64,000 nucleotides of DNA from Chiloscyllium plagiosum (taxonomy: Eukaryota): contig NC_057749.1 of assembly GCF_004010195.1 (NCBI RefSeq), positions 18,965,538 through 19,029,537 of the forward strand, given 5' to 3'. A program made the translations under genes and the position numbers. Below are positions 12,201-24,944 of this stretch, piece after piece. Within the stretch, counting starts at the first letter, position 1; the number at the start of each line of letters is the position of its first letter. Below the pieces are notes generated by a model. The model saw only the letters and a program-made list of their open reading frames with translations, did not search any database and was not told the origin of the DNA.

Positions 12201-12733
12201 AAGTTCAGGTATTATCCTTGAAGACCAATGATGTTGTCCCTCCAAAGCCAATATTTGACCAGGAAACTATCATCATTGCCCATCTGGTTCACTAATATCA
12301 TTATCATCTTAGCCTGGTATTGCCCACATATGACTCCAGGCCCATAGCCGTGTGGCTAACCCTGAACACCTACTCTCTCCACACAAGCACACAAAACAGA
12401 CCTAGAAAGCCACTCATTTCAAGGGTTTTCACAGATGTGGAACAAATGCTGACTTTTCAGTGACACCAACATAATATGAAAGAATGAAGTGCACAATTAG
12501 TATCTGATCTTCGGTTTAACAGTGTCACATCACATATGTCCTGTCTTCAAAAGCCCAGTTCATTAATTGTATCTGACAAAGTGACCCCTTCAAAATGCTT
12601 ATTTCAATATCATAACTCCATTCATGCTTCTCGATTCAGGATTTTGTCTTCAAGACATGTATTTGCCCAAAAGTAACAATTTTAGTTCAAGTTGTTTGCA
12701 AGATCTTTGCAAGTATTGACATAGAGTTTTTAT

Positions 12734-14550
12734 TAGAGTCCTAGAGATGTACAGCATGGAAACAGAACCTTCGGTCCAACCCGTCCATGCCAACCAGATA
12801 GCCCGGCCCATATCCCTCCAAACCCTTCCTATTCATATACCCATCCAAATGCCTCTTAAATGTTGCAATTGTACCAGCCTCCACCACATCCTCTGGCAGC
12901 TCATTCCATACACGTACAACCCTTTGCGCGAAAAAGTTGCCTCTTGGGTCTCTTTTATATCTTTCCCTTCTCACCCTAAACCTATGCCCTCTAGTTCTGG
13001 ACTCCACGACCCCAGGGAAGAGACTTTGCCTATTTATCCTATCCATGCCCCTCATAATTTTGTAAACCTCTATAAGGTGACCCCTCAGCCTCTGACGCTC
13101 CAGGGAAAACAGCCCCAGCCTGTTCAGCCTCTCCCTGTAGCTCAGATCCTCGAACCCTGGCAACATCCTTGTAAATCTTTTCTGAGCTTTTTCAAGTTAC
13201 ACAACATCTTTCCAATAGGAAGGAGACCAGAATTGCATGCAATATTCCGACAGTGGCCTAACCAATGTCCTGTACAGCCGCAACATGACCTCCCAACTCC
13301 TATACTCAATACTCTGACCAATAAAGGAAAGCATACCAAACGCCGCCTTCACTATCCTATCTACCTGCGACTCCACTTTCAAGGAGCTATGAACCTGCAC
13401 TCCAAGGTCTCTTTGTTCAGCAACACTCCCTAGGACCTTACCATTAAGTGTNNNNNNNNNNNNNNNNNNNNNNNNNNNNNNNNNNNNNNNNNNNNNNNNN
13501 NNNNNNNNNNNNNNNNNNNNNNNNNNNNNNNNNNNNNNNNNNNNNNNNNNNNNNNNNNNNNNNNNNNNNNNNNNNNNNNNNNNNNNNNNNNNNNNNNNNN
13601 NNNNNNNNNNNNNNNNNNNNNNNNNNNNNNNNNNNNNNNNNNNNNNNNNNNNNNNNNNNNNNNNNNNNNNNNNNNNNNNNNNNNNNNNNNNNNNNNNNNN
13701 NNNNNNNNNNNNNNNNNNNNNNNNNNNNNNNNNNNNNNNNNNNNNNNNNNNNNNNNNNNNNNNNNNNNNNNNNNNNNNNNNNNNNNNNNNNNNNNNNNNN
13801 NNNNNNNNNNNNNNNNNNNNNNNNNNNNNNNNNNNNNNNNNNNNNNNNNNNNNNNNNNNNNNNNNNNNNNNNNNNNNNNNNNNNNNNNNNNNNNNNNNNN
13901 NNNNNNNNNNNNNNNNNNNNNNNNNNNNNNNNNNNNNNNNNNNNNNNNNNNNNNNNNNNNNNNNNNNNNNNNNNNNNNNNNNNNNNNNNNNNNNNNNNNN
14001 NNNNNNNNNNNNNNNNNNNNNNNNNNNNNNNNNNNNNNNNNNNNNNNNNNNNNNNNNNNNNNNNNNNNNNNNNNNNNNNNNNNNNNNNNNNNNNNNNNNN
14101 NNNNNNNNNNNCCTTTTTGTCCTTAATATATTTGTAAAAACCCTTTGGAATCTCCTTAGTTGTATTTGCCAAAGCTATCTCATGTCCCCGTTTTGCCCTC
14201 CTGATTTCCCTTTTAAGTATACTCCTACTTTCTTTATACTTTTCTAAGGATTCATTCAATCTATCCTGTCTGTACCTGACAGATGCTTCCTCCTTTTTCT
14301 TAACCAAACCCTCAATTTCTTTAGTCATCCAGCATTCCCTATACCTACCAGCCTTCCCTTTCACCCTGACAGGAATATACTTTCTCTGGATTCTTGTTAT
14401 CTCAGCTGTCCCTTTACCTGCGAACATCTGCCTCCAATCAGCTTTTGAAAGTTCTTGCCTAATACTGTCAAAATTGGCCTTTCTCCAATTTAGAACTTCA
14501 ACTTTTAGATCTGGTCTATCCTTTTCCATCACTATTTTAAAACGAACAGA
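12734..14550 (-). mobile_element. Young 5'-truncated CR1/HER1-like LINE spanning an assembly gap
   Basis: ORFs 12741..13166, 13197..13400 and 13444..14577 give CR1 ORF2 (LNWRKANFD, YCMQFWSP, LFSLERQRLRG, RTRGH); tail tagagtc. Confidence 0.95.
13452..14111. other. Assembly gap
   Basis: Run of N inside the CR1 copy. Confidence 1.
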
Positions 14551-15266
14551 GTTGTTGATAAGTTTTGACTGCTTCACCTTAACACAGCTACTTCTCTGCT
14601 ATGATTAGAAATTCTAACATACAATAACGTGGATCCAGTGCAGACGTTGTAGTCAACAAATTTTAGTCCCGATTCAAGATTTTGTCTTCAAGATATGTAT
14701 TTTCCAAAATTAACAATTTGAAGATGATCCTTTTGTTATCCTAAGTTACACTTTAGTCAATTCACTGTCTCAATAATCTGTGTATATAAATTATAAACCA
14801 CAGAAGTCTATAACTGTTTAATTGACTTCCTTCCTGTTGTTAAGTTCTGTCTCTTCTTTTCCCTCTGGTACAAAATATATTTGTTTGTGGTTAACACACT
14901 TTTTTTTTCGAGGTTGCAATCTCTGGCAGATTTCTAGTCTTGTTCTCGTAGGTTTAATTCAATTCTATATGTTCTCCTACAATCGTTTATTTCTCCAAAA
15001 TTACATGTTTGCTGTTTTTAGTTGTTTTTATCTTATGATTACAAATTTTTGAAATTAATATCTCCAGCAAAATTGAGAGCTTTTATATGTAGGATAAACC
15101 GACTGATGATTCTTTAATTTCTTATTACTTGTTTTCACTGCAAATGCATCAGCTCTGAAACTATTATTTCCAGACAGCGACCCTTAGTAATAGATTGGGT
15201 GCAGTGGCACAGGTTCTTGGCTTTTTCACACAGATCTTTGCAAGTGTTGGCATAGAGTTTTTATTG

Positions 15267-15467
15267 CTGAAAATGTGTTGCTGGAAAAGCACAGCAGGTC
15301 AGGCAGCATCCAAGGAACAGGAGAATCGACGTTTCGGGCATGAGCCCTTCTTCAGGAATCCGAAACGTCGATTCTCCTGTTCCTTGGATGCTGCCTGACC
15401 TGCTGTGCTTTTCCAGCAACACATTTTCAGCTCTGATCTCCAGCATCTGCAGTCCTCATTTTCTCCC
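15267..15467. mobile_element. Short palindromic Penelope (Neptune-type) terminal-repeat element with 16-bp target-site duplication
   Basis: Perfect inverted arms ctgaaaatgtgttgctggaaaagcacagc...gtttcgg / ccgaaacgtcg...cagcaacacattttcag; TSD catagagtttttattg at 15251-15266 and 15468-15483; same sequence ends the longer Penelope copies at 17210, 22140 and 50268. Confidence 0.9.
15323..15360 (-). ncRNA. Candidate minimal type I hammerhead ribozyme core in a Penelope terminal repeat
   Basis: Minus strand reads gauuc-CUGAAGA-a-GGGC-ucau-GCCC-GAA-ACGU-C-gauuc: conserved core, stem II, palindromic stem III and GUC cleavage triplet. Confidence 0.6.
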
Positions 15468-15976
15468 CATAGAGTTTTTATTGTTGATAGGTTTTGACTT
15501 CTTCACCTTAACACAGCTACTTCTCTGCCTATGATTAGAAATTCTAACATACAATAATGTGGATCCAGTGCAGACGTTGTAGTCAACAAATAATTGCTTT
15601 GATAGTATCTTAATCTTTGAAGGAATTGTGTTGATTGTTTTGGAAAATTCTGAATTGAAACTCCTGTTCCTCATGGTCAAACTCGAGTGTAACTGCTGAA
15701 TCGCAGTCAGCCAATAACTTTAGGTAAAAGAGCTATTTGTTGATTTTATTTTTCTGTTGAATGCAGTCACAGATTTTTTTGTGGCTCCAGTTATCACATT
15801 ATTTCATGTGAAAATCTCAAAAGATGTTCCTGTAATCGATGCTTTTCTGAGTTTTTGTTTCTATTTGCTCTTTAAAAATGCTTTTTAGACGCCATAATAG
15901 AGTAGATTTTATGCTCCCAATGAGCAAAACTCTGCATTGGGAATCCAAGTTTGTAGCATCTATCTTATCAATTAAC

Positions 15977-18690
15977 GTCATAGAGTTAGACAAATATACA
16001 GCATAGTAACAGACCCTTTGGTCCAACTTGTCCATGCCGACCAGATATGCTAAATTAATCTAGTCCCATTTGCCAGCACTTGGCCCATATCCGTCTAAAC
16101 CCTTCCTATTCACGTACCCTCCCAATACCTTTTGAATGTTGGAATTGTACCAGCCTCCACCACTTCATCTGGCAGATCATTCCATATACGCATCATCCTT
16201 TGTGTGAAAAAGTTGCCCCTTAGATCCCTTTTAAGTCTTTCCCTTACCCCCCCCCCCAAACCTATGTCCTCTAGTTCCGGACTCCCCCAATCCTACCCAT
16301 ACCGCTCATGACAGACTTCTATAAGATCACCTCTCAGCCTCTGACACTCAAGGGAAAAAAGCTCAAACCCTCCAGTCCAGGCAACATCCTTGTAAATCTT
16401 TTCTGAATCCTTTCAAAACATCCTTCCTGTAGGAGGGAGACCAGAATTGCATGCAATATACCAACAGTGGCCTAACCAATGTCCTACACAGCCGCAACAT
16501 GACCTCCCAACTCCTATACTCAATGCTCTGACCAATAAAAGAAAGCATACCAAATGCCTTCTTCACTATTCTATCGACCTGAGACTCCACTTTCAAGTAA
16601 CTTTGAACCTGCACTCCAAGGTCTCTTTGTTCAGCAACACTCGCCAGGACCTTACCATTAAGTGTATAAATCCTGCCCTGATTTGCTTTTCAAAATGCAG
16701 CACCTCACATTTATCTAACTTAAACCCCATCTGCCAGTTCTGAGCCCATTGGCCCACCTGATCAAGATCCCGTTATATTCTGAGGTAACCTCCGCTGTCC
16801 ACTGCAGTTCCAATATTGGTGTCATCTGCAAACTTACTAACTATATCTTCTGTGTTCACATCCAAATTATTTATATAAATGATGAAAAGCAGAGGACAGA
16901 GCACTGATCTTTTATCACAGCACTGGTCACAAGCCTCCAGTCTGAAAAGCAACCCTCCATCATCCTCTGTCTTTTACCATTGAGCCAATTCTGCATCCAA
17001 ATGGCAAGTTCTCCCTGTATTCCATGAGATCTAACCTTGCTAACCAGTCTACCATGAGGAACCTTGTCAAACACCTGACTGACGTCTACAAAGATTACAT
17101 CTGCTGCTCAACCCTCATCAATCCTCTTTGTTACTTCTTCAAAAACTCAATCAAGTTAGTGAGCCATAATTTCCCATGCACAAAGCCATGTTGACTATCC
17201 CTAGTAAGAGCTGAAAATGTGTTACTGGAAAAGCGCAGCAGGTCAGGCAGCATCCAAGGAACAGGAGAATCCACGTTTCGGGCATAAGCCCTTCTTCAGG
17301 AATGAGGAAAGTGTGCCCAGCAGGCTAAGATAAAAGGTAGGGAGGAGGGACTTGGGGGAGGGGCGTTGGAAATGCGATAGGTGGAAGGAGGTCAAGGTGA
17401 GGGTGATAGGCCGGAGTGGGGGTGGGGGCGGAGAGGTCAGGAAGAAGATTGCAGGTTGGGAAGGCGGTGGAGGAGTCCAAGGACCTGCATGTCCTTGGTG
17501 GAGTGGGAGGGGGAGTTGAAGTGTTGAGCCACGGGGTGGTTGGGTTGGTTGGTCCGGGTGTCCCAGAGATGTTCTCTGAACCGTTCTGCAAGTAGGCGGT
17601 CTGTCTCCCCAATATAGAGGAGGCCACATCGGGTGCAGCGGATGCAATAGATGATGTGTGTGGAGGTGCAGGTGAATTTGTGGCGGATATGGAAGTATCC
17701 CTTGGGGCCTTGGAGGGAAGTAAGTGGGGAGATGTGGGCGCAAGTTTTGCATTTCTTGCGGTTGCAGGGGAAGGTGCCGGGAGTGGAGGTTGGGTTGGTG
17801 GGAGGTGTGGACCTGATGAGGGAGTCACGGAGGGAGTGGTCTTTTCGGAACGCTGATAGGTGAGGGGAGGGAAATATATCCCTGGTGGTGGGGTCCGTTT
17901 GGAGGTGGTGGAAAAGTAAGACCTTGCCAATCCAAATGCATGTAAACTCTATCCCTCAGGATTCCCTCCAACAACTTGCCACCACCAATGTCAGACTCAC
18001 TGGTCTGTAGTTCCCTGGCTTTTCCTTACTACCTTTCTTAAATAGTGACACCGTGTTAACCAACCTCCAGTCTTCCAGCACCTCACCTGTGACTGTTGAT
18101 GATACAAATATCTCAGCAAGAGGGCCCAGCAATCACTTCCTTAGCTTCCAACAGAGTTCTAGGGTACACTTGATAAGGTCCTGGGTATTTATCCACCTTT
18201 ATGCGTTTTAAGACATCCAGCACCACCACTCTGTAATATGGACATTTTTTCAAGATGTCACCATCTATTTCCCTACATTCTGTAATTTCCATGTCCTTCT
18301 CCACAGTAAACATTGATGCAAAATACTCATATAGATTCTTCCCCCATCTCCTGCGGTTCCACACAAAGGCTGCCTTGCTGATATTTGAGGGGTCCTGTTC
18401 TCTCCCTAGTTACCTTTTTTTTCCCCTTAATGTATTTACAGAATCCCTTTGGATTCTCCTTAACTCTATTTACCAAAGCTATCTCATGTTCCCTTTTTAC
18501 CGTCCTGATTTCCTGCTTAAGTATGTTCCTACTATCTTTATACTCTTCCAAGGATTCACTCCATCTCTGCTGTCTATACCTACCATATGGTTCCTTCTTT
18601 TTCTTGACCAAAACCTCAATTTCTTTAGTCATCTAGCATTCCGTACACCTACCGCCCTTGCCTTTCACCCTTACAGGAACATGCTGTCTC
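15977..18690 (-). mobile_element. CR1/HER1-like LINE ORF2 (degenerate), interrupted by a Penelope element
   Basis: ORFs 16363..16614, 16871..17074 (FDKVPHGRL), 18113..18364 (YFASMFT, KVDKYPGP) and 18327..18632 (KENPKGF). Confidence 0.93.
17210..17914 (-). mobile_element. Penelope-like element (Neptune-type) 3' part: Cys-rich linker, GIY-YIG endonuclease and terminal repeat
   Basis: Minus-strand translation FPCNRKKCKTC...IIYCIRCTRCGLLYIGET...RFREH...VAQHFNSPSH; 7-bp TSD agtaaga at 17203-17209 and 17915-17921. Confidence 0.9.
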
Positions 18691-18849
18691 TGCAGTGGAT
18701 ATGGTGTGCATGCATTTGAGCAAGGTTCCCCAAGGTAGGTTCATTCAGAAAGTTACAGGATACAGGAAAATTTGGCTGTCTGGATACAGAATTGGCTGGC
18801 CCAGAGAAAATAGAGGGTGGTAGTAGATGGAAAGTATTCAGCTGAATTA

Positions 18850-20842
18850 CTAGCCTATTATTCTTATGGGTAACTGAGATCTTCTCACAAATGTGTTTCT
18901 CAATTTCCTGCTGACTATTGGGGTTCTATATTACATTTCCAGTATGGTTATTATCCCTTTCCACCCAAATAACTTCTCTGGATATATTCCCAGGAATATC
19001 CTTTCTGAGTATAGCTATAATGTTATCCCTAATCAAAAACACTATTTCCCCCATCTCTCTCGCCCCACTTTCTCTCCTTCCTCTAGTATTTGTATCCTGG
19101 AACTCTAAGCTGCCAGTCCTGCCCATCCCTGAGCCACGTCTCTACAATTGCTACGATAACACACTCCTATGTTCCTAACCATGCCCTGAGTTCATCTGTC
19201 TTGTCTCTTAGATCTCTTGCATTGAAATAAATAGTTTAATTTACCTACTTCTCTGCCTACCCTGACTGTTTGACTTACTCCTTTTCCCAACTGTACTAGA
19301 CTCAGATTGATCTCTTTCCTCACTATCTCCCTGGGTCCCAATCAACCACCTACCCCCCCCACCCCTCAATACTTAACTGGTTTAAATCCATCTGAGCAGC
19401 ATATTAGTCCCCTTGCAATTCAGGTGCAATCTGTCCTTCATATACAGGTCACCTCTACCCCAGAAAGAGCTTCCAATGATCCAAAAATATGAACCCTTGT
19501 CCCCTGCACGAGCTCCTCAGCCATGCATTCATCTTCTCATTTCCCCAATCCTACCCTCACTAGCTCATAGCACCTGGAGTAATCCAGATAGTACTACCTT
19601 GAAGACCTCCTTTTTGAATTTCTGCCTAACTTTCTATATTTTCCCTCCAGAATCTCATCATTTTTCCTTCCTATGTCATTAGTTCCAATGTGTGTATAAT
19701 GACTTCCTGCAGGTCCCACTCCCTTTTGAGAATATTCTGAACTCTCTCTCTCTGAGATGTCTTTGATCCTGGCACCAGGGATGCAACACACCATTCTGAT
19801 TTCTCACTGGTAGCCGCAAAAAGGTCTGTCTGTGCCTCTGACTGGAGAGTCCCCTATCATAATCGGAACCTGACTTACCCCTACTTTAGAACCAGTCTAG
19901 CTACCAGAAATTTGGCTGTTTGTGCTACATGCTTCTGAGAGACCATCACCCCCTACATGTTCCAAAACAGCATAATTGTTTGAGATGGGGATAGCCACAG
20001 GAGATTCCCGCGCTACCTGCCTATCCCTCCTATCTTTCCTGGTAGTAACCCATCTACCTGACTGTTTATCTGCAGTTTTTCTCCCTTCCTATAACTGCCA
20101 TCCATCATGCCACTAGCTCCTATAAATTCCTCAATGCCTGTAACTAGTGCTCCAATCAATCCATGCAATCTGATAGGATTCACAGCCAGGCACACTTCCT
20201 GCAGACATAATCATCAGTAACATGGAAATTCTCCTTAATCTCCCACATCCAATGAGAAGAATAAATCACTGTACTAAAGGCCATCTTTGAACCTTAACAA
20301 TCTAGAGAAAATAGCACAGTCTTGCTGTTCTGAAAAATACTGCTCCTGGCTAACTTAGTACCTATGTTTTATATTTTTAAAATTTTAATCAAGAGACAGA
20401 TCTCCATAAAACAGCCAAAAATAACCCACTCTACTCACTATTTAAAAAAAAAAGACAGCAAGTTTACACTTGTGCTGAGAGCTCTCCCACACAGGTTCCT
20501 TCAGGGTCAGCTATGAATTTTGCTATTTGTTCACTTTTCATAGACACACTCCGATGTGCAGAAATACTTGAACTCAAACAATAAAGGCAGTAGCTGTGTC
20601 AGACAGAAATGATGGTTTCTATTCCTCCCTCTCTCACTGACCATGTGGTCTCTGCCTTTTTTTTTCCTCTTTCTCCTTTTTAAAGTGCCATTGTTTTGAT
20701 CTTTTTTTTCCGCAAAGCTCCAACAACTTATAAAACTGCAATTACTGATCCTGGATTTTGAGAAAATCATCTCCAACACCTAACCTTCCTCAAAAACAGA
20801 GCAGCTGTTACAATCACAATTTTTTTTTACTGTCCTCCAATT
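18850..20842 (-). mobile_element. CR1 LINE 5' half: 5' UTR, ORF1 (zinc-finger/leucine zipper plus esterase) and endonuclease start
   Basis: IGDSPVRGTDR, MVCCIPGARIKDISER and HIGTNDIGRK motifs; the 5' UTR aligns with 54600-55150. Confidence 0.85.
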
Positions 20843-20924
20843 ATTTGGCTGTTTTACAATTAACACAATTAATCATCGGGAGCCCCAGTGTGAATTACAA
20901 TCAGTGTTACCATTTTGCTATTAC

Positions 20925-21232
20925 TAGATTACATTACAATGTGGAAACAGGCCCTTCGGCCCAACAAGTCCACACTGACCCGCCGAAGCGCAACCCACCC
21001 ATACCCCTACATTTACCCCTTACCTAACACTACGGGCAATTTAGCATGGCCAATTCACCTGACCCTGCACATCTTTGGACTGTGGGAGGAAACCGGAGCA
21101 CCCGGAGGAAACCCACGCAGACACGGGGAGAACGTGCAAACTCCACACAGTCAGTCGCCTGAGTCGGGAATTGAACCCGGGTCTCTGGCGCTGTGAAGCA
21201 ACAGTGCTAACCACTGTGCCACCGTGCCGCCC
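20925..21232 (-). mobile_element. Full-length HE1-like V-SINE
   Basis: Near-identical to 10425-10758. Confidence 0.93.
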
Positions 21233-22139
21233 ACTACTACTTGAGAGTTTCAGGAGGAAGTGTTTACAATGCATTTTCCCGTAACCTATTTCTATTAATT
21301 TCTATCCGTACTTTTTTTTTTAAATAAGTTTTCTTTCTCAAGTTGTCTTTGCTCCATCAAAAATGGTAAAAAGGCAGCCCCTTTAGACCCTGAATAAAGA
21401 TTGTAAGTCTAGCTTGGGCCTCACATGCCTACCTTCTGTGTTGGGTTTTCGTTTATAAAAAGTGAGCATCCAAGTCTCCCAGATAATGATCAGACGTCAA
21501 CACTTCACTACCTCTCATTACATCTCTAAACTCTTTGCATGGACTTCGAGTTACCATGTTGCCTTCGAGCTCGTCCTTTGCTCATAAGAGAAGAGTTTGT
21601 TCTCTCTCTCGTGAACAAATCATGGGAGATGAAGTGTACGCTATTTAGTGGGTATCCATACTTTCGTTAGAGCATTTTGTGCTGCTAAGTGTACAACATT
21701 TCACCAGGCATTTTATTTATATTTTAAGTATATTTTCTTCCATCCCTGCTTCAGCTGAACATTAGCAAAGCTGAAGTTATCATATTTGACTCCCCATTGG
21801 CTATTTACTTGAGAAAAACAGCTTCATGATCTCATCTGAGGTTTGGACTATTTGTCTTAACAGTAAGACTGTTTGTTACCATTTCCATAGTATTGCTTGC
21901 CTCCTTTATAAATGAAGCTACCTCAATAAGCCTAACAATCGTCCACTCTATATCTTGTTTAGTGCCCTACTGTGTCTGAGAGTTTCGGGCATATATACTA
22001 GTTACTGGCAAGTGAATCAGATGGGCCTTGTATCCAAGTAGAAGTGCAGATGAGTTACTCTTTCATCCTGTTTGCATTCTATCTTGGAAGTAAATGGACA
22101 TTCTCAGTACCTTCTTTGGACTTTGGAGACAACCAGCCT

Positions 22140-24010
22140 CAAAATGTGTTGCTGGAAAAGTGCAGCAGGTCAGGCAGAAGCAGGAGAATCGATGTTTCGG
22201 ACATGAGCCCTTCTTCAGGAATGAGGAAAGTGTGTCCAGCAGGCTAAGATAAAAGGTAGGGAGGAGGGACTTGGGGGAGGGGCATTGGAAATGCGATAGG
22301 TGGAAGGAGGTCAAGGTGAGGGTGATAGGCCGGAGTGGGATGGAGAGGTCAGGAAGAAAATTGCAGGTTAGGAAGGCGNNNNNNNNNNNNNNNNNNNNNN
22401 NNNNNNNNNNNNNNNNNNNNNNNNNNNNNNNNNNNNNNNNNNNNNNNNNNNNNNNNNNNNNNNNNNNNNNNNNNNNNNNNNNNNNNNNNNNNNNNNNNNN
22501 NNNNNNNNNNNNNNNNNNNNNNNNNNNNNNNNNNNNNNNNNNNNNNNNNNNNNNNNNNNNNNNNNNNNNNNNNNNNNNNNNNNNNNNNNNNNNNNNNNNN
22601 NNNNNNNNNNNNNNNNNNNNNNNNNNNNNNNNNNNNNNNNNNNNNNNNNNNNNNNNNNNNNNNNNNNNNNNNNNNNNNNNNNNNNNNNNNNNNNNNNNNN
22701 NNNNNNNNNNNNNNNNNNNNNNNNNNNNNNNNNNNNNNNNNNNNNNNNNNNNNNNNNNNNNNNNNNNNNNNNNNNNNNNNNNNNNNNNNNNNNNNNNNNN
22801 NNNNNNNNNNNNNNNNNNNNNNNNNNNNNNNNNNNNNNNNNNNNNNNNNNNNNNNNNNNNNNNNNNNNNNNNNNNNNNNNNNNNNNNNNNNNNNNNNNNN
22901 NNNNNNNNNNNNNNNNNNNNNNNNNNNNNNNNNNNNNNNNNNNNNNNNNNNNNNNNNNNNNNNNNNNNNNNNNNNNNNNNNNNNNNNNNNNNNNNNNNNN
23001 NNNNNNNNNNNNNNNNNNNNNNNNNNNNNNNNNNNNNNNNNNNNNNNNNNNNNNNNNNNNNNNNNNNNNNNNNNNNNNNNNNNNNNNNNNNNNNNNNNNN
23101 NNNNNNNNNNNNNNNNNNNNNNNNNNNNNNNNNNNNNNNNNNNNNNNNNNNNNNNNNNNNNNNNNNNNNNNNNNNNNNNNNNNNNNNNNNNNNNNNNNNN
23201 NNNNNNNNNNNNNNNNNNNNNNNNNNNNNNNNNNNNNNNNNNNNNNNNNNNNNNNNNNNNNNNNNNNNNNNNNNNNNNNNNNGAAGTTGTTCAGTGTGAG
23301 GACCAGTTCAGTCAGTCGAAGGAGGGTGTCAGTGGAAGGGTACTGGTTGGTACGGCGGGAAAGGAAGAAGTGGAGGGCTTTGAGTCCTTCGTGATGGGGG
23401 ATGGAGGTGTATAGGGACTGGATGTCCATGGTGAAGATAAGGCGTTGGGGACCGGGGAAGCGAAAATCATGGAGGAGGTGGAGGGCGTGGGTGGTGTCCC
23501 GAACATAGGTGGGGAGTTCTTGGACTAAGGGTGTCAGGACCGTGTCGAGTTATGCAGAGGTGAATTCGGAGGGCAGGAGCAGGCTGAGACAATGGGTCGG
23601 CCGGGGCAGTCAGGTTTATGGATTTTGGGCAGGAAGTAGAAACAGGCGGTGCGGGGTTGTGGGACTATGAGGTTGGAGGCGGTGGATGGGAGATCCCCTG
23701 AGGTGATGAGGTTATGGATGGTCTGGGAGATGATGGTTTGTTGGTGGGAGGCGGGGTCATGGTCAAGGTGTCCGCGAGCTGGCGTTTAGCCTCAGCGGTG
23801 TAAAGGTCGGTGCGCCAAACTACTACCGCGCCTCCCTTGTCTGCCGGTTTGATATTGAGATTGGGGTTGGAATGGAGGGAGTGGAGGGCTGCACGTTGCG
23901 AGGGTGAGAGGTTGGAGTGGGTGAGAGGGGTGGAGAAGTTGAGGCGGTTAATGTCGCGGCGGCAGTTGGCTATGAAGAGATTGAGGGCAGGTAAGAGGCC
24001 AGCACGGACC
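22140..24010 (-). mobile_element. Penelope-like element (Neptune-type), RT and terminal repeat, spanning a gap
   Basis: IKPADKGGAVVVW (PLE DKG motif), MDIQSLYTSIPH...LTELVLTLNNF RT motifs; terminus matches 17210-17470. Confidence 0.92.
22379..23282. other. Assembly gap
   Basis: Run of N inside the Penelope element. Confidence 1.
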
Positions 24011-24089
24011 ATTTTTTAAATACTTAATGCTGTCTCCAAACGTGATCAAACATTTTATATCATCCAAGCAAAGCAATCATTAACAGCCC

Positions 24090-24589
24090 NNNNNNNNNNN
24101 NNNNNNNNNNNNNNNNNNNNNNNNNNNNNNNNNNNNNNNNNNNNNNNNNNNNNNNNNNNNNNNNNNNNNNNNNNNNNNNNNNNNNNNNNNNNNNNNNNNN
24201 NNNNNNNNNNNNNNNNNNNNNNNNNNNNNNNNNNNNNNNNNNNNNNNNNNNNNNNNNNNNNNNNNNNNNNNNNNNNNNNNNNNNNNNNNNNNNNNNNNNN
24301 NNNNNNNNNNNNNNNNNNNNNNNNNNNNNNNNNNNNNNNNNNNNNNNNNNNNNNNNNNNNNNNNNNNNNNNNNNNNNNNNNNNNNNNNNNNNNNNNNNNN
24401 NNNNNNNNNNNNNNNNNNNNNNNNNNNNNNNNNNNNNNNNNNNNNNNNNNNNNNNNNNNNNNNNNNNNNNNNNNNNNNNNNNNNNNNNNNNNNNNNNNNN
24501 NNNNNNNNNNNNNNNNNNNNNNNNNNNNNNNNNNNNNNNNNNNNNNNNNNNNNNNNNNNNNNNNNNNNNNNNNNNNNNNNNNNNNNNNN
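24090..24589. other. Assembly gap (500 N), flanks not recognisably repetitive
   Basis: Run of N. Confidence 1.
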
Positions 24590-24944
24590 AAAGTCATCAC
24601 TTCTGTGGCATGTAGCTATCATTCTTGTTTATGCTTTGAAAATCAAAATAAATCTAATGTTGACACACCCAAGTTGGAGAATGAGAAACTGAGGTAGTTA
24701 AGCAAGAAAGGTTATGATCCAGTGGACGAAAAAAAATCAATCAATATAAGGTTTGGAATAAAGATATTTGACTGAATTTTATCTACTTCCTGAAAATTTA
24801 AAAGATTATTTTGAAAGGAGAGCACCTGTATTGAAATACAAATAGCTTCTATAAGCATTATTTGATCAATGTTTTAGATCCTTTTGGATCCAGTCTGATA
24901 TTTCTCGTAACTAATCATGCTTGCCTGACTCCTGACCAATAAGG

